Source: an uncultured Candidatus Saccharibacteria bacterium (GTDB taxonomy: Bacteria; Patescibacteriota; Saccharimonadia; Saccharimonadales; CAYUUR01). From it: a stretch of 64,000 nucleotides of DNA. The first letter of the stretch is position 1. Each line of letters starts with the position of its first letter. This document shows positions 9,564-17,800 of the stretch, piece after piece. Both the position numbers and the translations under genes were made by a program. The stretch covers positions 13,001 through 77,000 of the forward strand of contig CAZEBF010000001.1 in the NCBI GenBank assembly GCA_964510235.1, in the 5' to 3' direction. Under the pieces are notes generated by a model that saw nothing but the letters and a program-made list of their open reading frames with translations, was not told the origin of the DNA and made no database searches.

Positions 9564-9955
9564 ACCTTGTCCTTATATGGTTGAATCGCGACTAATAACG
9601 AATCAATGTCAGTAAGTTTCTGATGTTCGATTAAGACCGGTTTTAATTCTTGCAGGATTAGGCCGAGCTCGTCTTTCGTTAGTGCAACGTAGAACTTACG
9701 TTCGTGACCAATACTAGCGCCCCTGTCGACAACAATACTGCCTGCTTCACCATCTGTACTATTACCCACAAAGAAGTCTAGCTCATGAGTGTCCTCGGCC
9801 GTATAACCAGGAATGTTGCCATAGTCTACCGGGTATGTGACGCCCTTGAGTGGATAGTTACTGTCTGGCGCTAATCTAAAGTCATAGTACTGGTTTGCTG
9901 GTACATCGACAACGAAGGTGCTGAGTGGTTCTGGAAGACTTTCTGCAATATTCAT
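9560..9955 (-). CDS. Short inorganic pyrophosphatase-like protein
   Basis: YPVDYGNIPGYTAEDTHELD resembles the family I PPase YPxNYG...DGDxLD motif. Confidence 0.6.
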   Translation of the reverse strand: MNIAESLPEPLSTFVVDVPANQYYDFRLAPDSNYPLKGVTYPVDYGNIPGYTAEDTHELDFFVGNSTDGEAGSIVVDRGASIGHERKFYVALTKDELGLILQELKPVLIEHQKLTDIDSLLVAIQPYKDKV

Positions 9956-9969
9956 GACACCATCATAGC

Positions 9970-9993
9970 AAAAGAGACCTGAACGGTCTCTTT
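9970..9993 (-). terminator. Intrinsic terminator downstream of the tRNA-Asp unit
   Basis: AAAGAGACC-GTTCA-GGTCTCTTTT on the minus strand. Confidence 0.7.
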
Positions 9994-10010
9994 AAAATAG
10001 TTTTTGTGGT

Positions 10011-10168
10011 TGGCGGACCGACCGGGTAATGCACGGCTGCGGGCTTTCTCGGAGCAAGCTCCTGTGAGAGCCCTTACCGACCGAACCGCGGCTTCGCCGT
10101 ATCCGGTTCGAATCGCAGACAAGTCTGCCCAATGAAAAAGCCCAGTCGCAAGGACTGGACTCTTTCAT
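10011..10168 (-). repeat. tRNA-linked mini-insert ending in a degenerate copy of the tRNA-Asp 3' end
   Basis: CCGGTCGGTCCGCCA at 10025-10011 versus tRNA end CCGGTCGGGCCCGCCA at 10184-10169; several internal hairpins. Confidence 0.7.
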
Positions 10169-10245
10169 TGGCGGGCCCGACCGGATTCGAACCGGCGATC
10201 TCCTCCGTGACAGGGAGGCATGTTAGGCCTCTACACCACGAGCCC
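10169..10245 (-). tRNA. tRNA-Asp(GTC)
   Basis: Anticodon arm CCTCC-CTGTCAC-GGAGG, GGTTCGAATCC T arm, encoded CCA. Confidence 0.95.
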
Positions 10246-10288
10246 GCATCTGTTGTTGCGTTCGCTAAACGAACGAATAACAGGGGCA

Positions 10289-10317
10289 ATCATAGCAAGA
10301 TTTTAGTTAAAAAGCAA
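10289..10317 (-). promoter_or_regulatory. sigma70-type promoter of tRNA-Asp
   Basis: TTGCTT-N17-TATGAT with TG extension. Confidence 0.6.
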
Positions 10318-10320
10318 TGA

Positions 10321-10764
10321 TTACTGCGCTGGCACTTCTTGATCGGCAGCAACACTAATGACGTTAACAATCTGGTTGGTGGACGGTCGATAGATAATTA
10401 CTTTGCGCTGTTCCTGGTAAATAAGTAGCTTGTCGCCGTTCTTTACGCCTGCAAAAGCTGGATTGTCAGCAAATCTACTCTCGTCACTTACCTCGGCAGG
10501 AACCGGCTGTTCACCGTTAGGCAAAATCATAATCTTACTCACTTGGCCGACCAAGTCTTTAGACTCCGCTTCGACGGCTTTAACCGGATCGTTAAATCTG
10601 TTGAGTTCAGCACGCGCATCCAAGTACTGCCAAATCAACAAACCAACTGCAACCACAGCAAATACGGCAAGAGCTCGCTTGAGGTTCATCTTGGTAAGTT
10701 TGCTTTTAAGATTTTTGGTTGTTCGTGACGCTTTTTGGTCGCCACTGTTTACTTCGATGTTCAT
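10321..10764 (-). CDS. Single-TM hypothetical protein
   Basis: N-terminal TM; C-terminal NGDKLLIY...IIYRPSTNQIVN; start placed at MNIEVN after a GGGG SD. Confidence 0.65.
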   Translation of the reverse strand: MNIEVNSGDQKASRTTKNLKSKLTKMNLKRALAVFAVVAVGLLIWQYLDARAELNRFNDPVKAVEAESKDLVGQVSKIMILPNGEQPVPAEVSDESRFADNPAFAGVKNGDKLLIYQEQRKVIIYRPSTNQIVNVISVAADQEVPAQ

Positions 10765-10858
10765 ACTTCCCCTGTTACCGTTTAAGTTTATCTTGTTCGA
10801 GCAATTCAAGCAATAAATGCTAGTCATTAGGGTAGTGTGTTAGTACAATATTATCTAC

Positions 10859-11803
10859 ATGAGGAAGTTACGAGCGTACCAGATCGCCACGATACTACTC
10901 GCAGTTTTATGCGTAGTGCTGGCTTATCAGGTAATGACAACCAAGGACAAGTTGCCGTCAAAAGCTCAGAGCGAATACCCGCTGCTGGCCAAACGCATCT
11001 TTTTGGATCAACCAAACGACACAATTATCAACTTTTCACCCCTCAGAGAAGACGTCAAAAAGTATTTAGCTGACTCTGGTATTCCGCACAGCTTTTACTT
11101 TGAATACCTGCCAACAGGTACGAGCATTCGTGATGGAGAAGCAAACGAACTGGTCGGAGCCTCACTCATGAAGATACCTATCGTTATGGACCTATACAAA
11201 GCTGCCGAGATGGGCAAAGTCGACCTCGACAAGCAAGTCACCGTGCCTCAAGAAGCCGTCAGTAACGACGGTGTATACGGCAATACCGAGCAGCTCAAGC
11301 CAGGCGATCAGATCACGCTGCGTGAAGCCGCAAAAATTGCCCTTACAGAATCTGACAACACGGCTGCTTACCTTGTCTACGCCGCCACGAAAGACATTAT
11401 AAGCGCCGATGATTCCTCTATTAAACGGCTCGACGTAGAGCTCAATGAGACGACCACGTCGTCGGGAAACTATGTATTAATCGGTGCTCGCTCTTACTCA
11501 TCGTTTTTACAATGTTTGTACTTCAGCTGTCACCTCAGCTTCAACGATTCCCAAGAGATACTTGGCTACTTAACGGAGTCCGAAGACAACAACCGATTAC
11601 GCGCAGGCGTGCCAAGCGACGTCAAAGTAGCACGCAAGATTGGTTCATTTAGCGATCAGACCCAGAGTGACTGCGGTATTGTATATGTGCCGAACCGCCC
11701 GTACACCCTTTGTCTCATGCTTCAAGTCGACGACAAGAACGCCGACAAGCATTTCCAGGTAGTATCAAAGAAGGTCTACGACTACGTTACGACCACCAAC
11801 TAG
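10859..11803 (+). CDS. Class A beta-lactamase-fold serine hydrolase, membrane-anchored
   Basis: SxxK (ASLMK), SDN and KIG motifs; N-terminal signal anchor. Confidence 0.85.
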   Translation: MRKLRAYQIATILLAVLCVVLAYQVMTTKDKLPSKAQSEYPLLAKRIFLDQPNDTIINFSPLREDVKKYLADSGIPHSFYFEYLPTGTSIRDGEANELVGASLMKIPIVMDLYKAAEMGKVDLDKQVTVPQEAVSNDGVYGNTEQLKPGDQITLREAAKIALTESDNTAAYLVYAATKDIISADDSSIKRLDVELNETTTSSGNYVLIGARSYSSFLQCLYFSCHLSFNDSQEILGYLTESEDNNRLRAGVPSDVKVARKIGSFSDQTQSDCGIVYVPNRPYTLCLMLQVDDKNADKHFQVVSKKVYDYVTTTN

Positions 11804-14800
11804 TTAATTTTTAACCGGCGGTACTGGAACGTCTATCGTCTTGGCATCTTTGACGCTTACCGCGGTCCATGCGAACTCGATATCTTGTGTGGCATCTTCT
11901 GGCAAGATGATAGTAAAGCCTTCTTTAGTTAGATCATCGTAGGCGAACTGGGCGAACTTACCGTTCTTAATGTTCACAGTGACAACAGGCGTGTCATCGT
12001 ACGGTTTCTCAAACTTGATCACCACTTTCTTCTGTGTCTTGTAGATGGTAGCGAAGCCGGCCGCATCGTTGTTCTGGGTCAGACGACCCTCAATCTCGAC
12101 ATCGTTACGGAAGATGACACTATCTACGAAAGTGGCCATGCGGTGGAAGACGCTTGTGTTGAGGAATTCGACCGGTCCAACCACCTTGAGCGCGCCGTTA
12201 GCGAATAATGCGCCTTCTACCGTCAGACTCTCGCCCACTTTGGCGGTCTTGACCACGAAGTCATCCAGATTAACGCTAGCCTCTGTGAGTTCACTGCCGC
12301 CCGCTTCTGTCGCCGCCTTTGGTCGTGATGTCAGCTTACCAACCAACACTTCAAGACCTTCGATCTTATTGGCCTTAATACTGTCAGCGGTGATGTCTTT
12401 GGCATTGATACTGACGCCGTTGATTTCGTACGCGCTGACTCGATCAGTTAAGATCTCAGAGTTGTCTTCTCCTGGGGCTTGCTGCTGCTTGCGGCCAATC
12501 AGGTAACGGATGATGTCATCAGATTTCTTCAGCTTATCGGCCAAAACACCTTCTTGCAGATTCACTAATGGACCAAGCACGGTGTCTGGCATGGTAAAGC
12601 CACCGTTGCCGAACTCTTCCATGGCTACTTCAACTCTCTGACCGTTGTAATCGACCAGATTCACAAAGACCATCACCGTGCCACATCGAGCACCAGCAGG
12701 ACTACCGTCTGGGCAGTCAATGAGCGTCTCCGTGTTAAGATCCTCCAACACAGTACCGACTACCCGACCAGCACCAACTGCTTTCATTCCATAACCAGCA
12801 ACCGTACTTGAAGTGATACGGTCACCGGATTTGATGGACTCGCCTGGTTTGATCAAGACTTTTACCGGTACGCGTCCACTCAATGCAATCGGGTACGAGT
12901 TCTCTTCTTGTGGACCAATAATGAGACCTGGGTTGGTGGCAACAATACCCAGTGTTTTGTCGTCATATGGCTTGCTTGATGGTACTACCTCACCAACCGA
13001 GTTGTCTTGCATGCTCACTATGTCACCCGGAACAAGCGAATCAAACGATGTGAAGCGCTCGGCAAGGTCAGCACCACCAACACCACCAACCTCAGACGAT
13101 ACTCCTGCCATACCATCAACAATCAGCTCACCACGAATCGATGAGATGTTGTTAAAGAATCGGTCCATGTCTTGTTCAAGGTTGCGGTCTGATTTCTCAA
13201 GCCACAGGTTAGCTGAGGATCCCATTACAACGATGCCATTTTCGACAGAAAGTGCGTCAATATCATCGGCATCAGCGCCTGTCCAGCTAGCGCCAGAGCT
13301 ATCGGTTACTCCAGTATCTGAATGGTATACATTCGAGACAAAGGCATTGGCGTAACCACTAAACACGCTGACTGCCCCGCCATCGGTGCCATTACTGGTT
13401 CCTACGTACAGATCGGGGTTTGAGCCCAGGAAGTTCGTGTTATTGAGGCCAATTGACGTCACAATGTTAGTATCACCATAGAGTTTTTCCGGTATGACTT
13501 CGTAGTCTGAATCAGTACTAGGCGTAACTGTCCATGCAGGACTGACAGTTAAAGTCGTGCCATCATTAGCAATAACCCGACGAGATTGTCCTGCACCCGT
13601 GCCGGCTGTTATTTCTACAAAGCTGCCGACGAATGAGTTCGGTACATAGGTTTCAGCCGAATCGCCAATAGTCGTACTACTGAAAGTAGTCGCAGCGGTA
13701 ACAACTGTTGAAGGTTTTGCTAGGGCGCCGCGTCCTTCCAGATAGATCTTTCGAATCTGGGCTTGTGTCAAAGTATCTGATACAGTTGCGCCGCCACCCG
13801 AAAAGTATACATCGTCGATATCGCCATCCCAGAAGTTGCCACCGGCTGCACCACTACCGTCAGCACCAATAGTTAAAATCTGTGATGCGTCTAGCGTCAA
13901 GGTAGCAGCCAAAGCCGTATCGCAGGTACTGGCCTGCTTTCCGTCAATATAGAGACAGAGCCCAGTATCCGTATTGACCGCTGCAACATGGTGCCACTGA
14001 CCATCGTTATACGTTTGTGTCGATGTAACCGAATCGTCATAGGCTGCAGTTGCAGCAGTGTCTTGTATACCGAACACTATGCTACCTGAGGAGTTCATTT
14101 CGACGGTGTAGCCCGCACCTTCAGTTCCACCAAGAGCCGAGAATCGCTTGTCAATCAACACATCCGTTCCCGCGATTGCCGTGGAGTGCCTGAACCATGC
14201 ACTAACACTAAACGACAGTGCTGCTACGTTGAAGTCCGCATCTGTATCACAAGTTCCGTCATTGTTAGCATCTGAACAGAGGAATTGGCTCGTGCCGTTG
14301 AATCTCAGCCCTGTGCCATGAACACCATTAACCCCATAAGTTGGCGCAACTTCTGGCTCAAGTACGCTGTTTCTAATCGTCGAGTCCGTCAAATCACCAG
14401 ATAGGTTGTCGAAACTAAACATACCTCGCTGCGTACCAGTCATGTATGAGGTTTCACGACTTGTGTTGTAGTGTTTTGACCAGCCGATTACCGTACCAGA
14501 CGGAACGTTAACATCGTGAACTTCGGTCAAGCCGGCTGAATGACCAACGTAGAGAAGGTCGGCTGCATCGTCTGCCATTGAGGCACGTTCAACTACTTTG
14601 AGTGCGTCTGGCGCACCGACTGCAAATGTTGGAGCAGCGGCACCATTCGCAACATTCGGCAAGTTGCCGGCGGCTTCATCAAACAAGTCAGATGGAGTCG
14701 CTTGGTCAGCCTTGGCAACGTCAATACCGACCGTTCCATTTGCCTGTGTACCATACCGTTCTACCTGGCTGAGCGTTACATTGAGGCCATACAAACGACC

Positions 14801-17800
14801 ACGTTTAGTGACATACACTGCGCTAAACTGATCAGTTAAGTTATCGCCGTAATCTAATGTTTTTTGCTCTGACAGGTTAACTACAGATATCGAGTCATCT
14901 GTGGCTGCAGCGATGAAGGTTTTTCCGTTACCTGGGCCACCGTTAGTTTCAATACTACTTGATCCATACAAGACCGAACCGTGTACTGCATTTACAGCGT
15001 TGTGCCGGATCGCCAAGGCTGTCCTACTATCAAGGTTGTAGGTCACTGCCGTGTTTCTGTTAGCAATGTTCTTATCGCCTTGGTCGCGGTCGGTTGTATT
15101 GTAGTTGTACATCCTATCTTGGGTAAAGTCGATAGCATACATTCCACCCGCTGAAGCGCCATTAGCACCGACGTAAACTACACCGTTAAGCGCAAACACA
15201 CTCGATGGATCGTTATTGGTGTCAACACCAATTGCGTAGCCAGCTGCGTTCTGGTTGAACTTCATAAACATTTTGTAGTCGTTAGCGTCAAAGATGTAGA
15301 CAGCACTGGTAGTCGATACGATAATAGCTTTCTTTGGGAATCCTGAAGAGCCACAACGAGTATCACTCGCGATGTTACAAGCGTCACCAAATCCATCGTT
15401 CTTTGTCTCAGTGTACCAGCTGAGCGACTGAGACGTTGGTGAATTAGTCCAAGCACCGGTGTCCGAATCTTTAGTAGTGTCATAGACGTGTACATCGGTA
15501 ATGCCGGTCAACCCAGTCTGCTTGGTGATACCCTTCTTGACCAGGTCACCGTACAAGTCAATCTGCCCAGCAGCACTCGCGCTACCAACCTGGAAGGTTC
15601 CGTCAGTTTTGAGTGTGGCGACATCGCTACGATAGAGGGTCGTGTCGCGTGATGAGCCAAAAGCGATACCGGCACTTGCTGTCGTATTATTTGCATTACT
15701 ACTAAGCCACAACGTCTGCGTGTCTGCCGCCTCAATTGCCACACCATAGTCACTAGTACCATTGGTTTGCGCCTCAACGAACACTCCATAGTTTGATGTT
15801 ATCGTAGAAGAGCTGATTGACGCACTTTGTATGTGCAAGCCGTATCCGTCTGTCAGCGTACCACCACCTGTTAGATTAAGGTGTCCCTGCAGTCCTGCTC
15901 CTTCAGTTATTGTACCTCCGAAAAGGAAGGAGGCAACTTCACCACGCACTCCTACCGCCATAGTGACCCCGCCGGTAAGTACCGCACTTGCACCACCCCT
16001 GATACCGTACAGATACTCGGCATTCGTGCCAGTACTAGCCCCGCCTGCAAATGCGTTTATACCGTATGCCGTGGCAGTTCCGGCGCCCGAATTATCAGTG
16101 TTATTCAGTATATCTAGGCCGTAAGAATTGATTGTTCCGCCCGTGGCGCCAGTTCTCGTCACGGCAATGCGCTGACCATAGGTACTATCTGTACCTGTAT
16201 TTACGACTCCTGTGTCGCTGACGGTTACTTTCAGGCTATATTCATCACTGGCAGTAGTATTGGTGCTTGTAAGCGCCGTGTCTATCTCGCCGCTATCAGC
16301 AATAGTTAATACTGCGGTACCATTGTCTTGGACAATGAAGTCGCCCGTGCCTGCCAAGTTAGTGACAACATTGCCCGACCCATTGTTCGTTATCGTATAA
16401 GCTGGGTTATCGGTTGCATCAAGGGTGTAAGTATACGCACCGGCATCGCTGAGTGTCATAAATGCCGTGCCGTTGTCTTGGAACTCGATGTCGCCAGCAC
16501 TCGCTAAGTTGAAAACCACATCCGCAGCGTCAACTGAGGCGGACGTGACCCGCAAAGGTGAGGCCGTCGAGCCAGTCAGTGTCGCCATATCAGTTATAAA
16601 TTGATCTTGTGTGCCGCCACCGGTTGACGCTGCGTTCTCAGTAAATGTAAAGCCACTTTCGGCTGCGGTCAGCTGCCAATTCCACACCACATTGTTGTCG
16701 GCGTTGTTGATACTTGCCCCTGTTGTTGCAGCAGTCACTTGATCAAGACGAGCCCCGCTACCGCCAGCACCACAACCGGCATCAGTCGTGTTACAAACTG
16801 TCTTGACGACGCCGTTTTCTATAATCTTCACCTTGTTGAGCGTTGAGTCATAGAACAAGCCACCATTGAGCGCACTCAAGTTGCTCGTCGGATCAGCTGT
16901 TGCAGCATCGAGCTGTAGAATGGTTGTATCGCTATCAGTGCCAGTTGAGTTGCCAACTTTAACCAAATTACCACCGCTACCACTCCGCGCCGCGGTATCA
17001 ACTTGTAGCACATTAGCTCCAGCACTCTGTACCCGGAAAGCGTCTACCGAAGCTGCCGAAGGATTAAACAACGTATTCCCTGTCGCCCCCACTGAAGCCA
17101 GCACCGTTCCAGCACTATTCTGCCACTCCTGGAGATTGGCGGTTTGGCCAGCAAAACCCTGAACGACGAGGCCTTTACGCCCGACTGCGTTTGAATTGAA
17201 CTGTACCGCTGCAGCATCGTCCGCAGTATTATTGGCATTCACGGTAAGCTTGTTGTTCGTTCCGTAGCTTGTTGCGTTTAAACCAAGCTGACCTCCGTCA
17301 CTAAACCGCATCATCTCAGTGTATGTCGTAGAGCTTCCGTCGAAGCCCCAAGAGAAGTAATTCCCGGAAGTATTACCGTCTTGATCAGCAACGTTGATGA
17401 TATTACCGTTGCTCGTAATTGAACCATAGTTTGAACTATAACCTAGGTTAAGCCTACTCGGATTTCCGCCGTTTCCGATTACTAGCGATGTATCAGTAGC
17501 GGCGCCACCCTGTACTCGAAAACTACCGTCTGTAGTCAGTATGTTGGCAGATGAACGATACAGATTAGTGTCACCGGAAGTACCAAATGTAAATCGTCCG
17601 GCCGACGATCGATTCAACACTTCAGTAAAGCCTTCGCCAAGTCGCAAGGTTGTGCCAGTAGATTCGAGGGCAAGATTGTTCGATATATAAACTAAGCCTC
17701 CGCTTGCGGTTGCAACACGTAGCGCCGAACCGGCCACAGTAAGTGAGTCGTCTGTTCTCAGTAAATCAGCTCCTGATCTATACAAATTCACGTCACCCGT

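Noticed and set aside
10074-10320. Short ORFs over tRNA-Asp, and ORFs 46804-46989 and 53543-53764
   Set aside because: They overlap a tRNA or structured repeats and have no coding signal.
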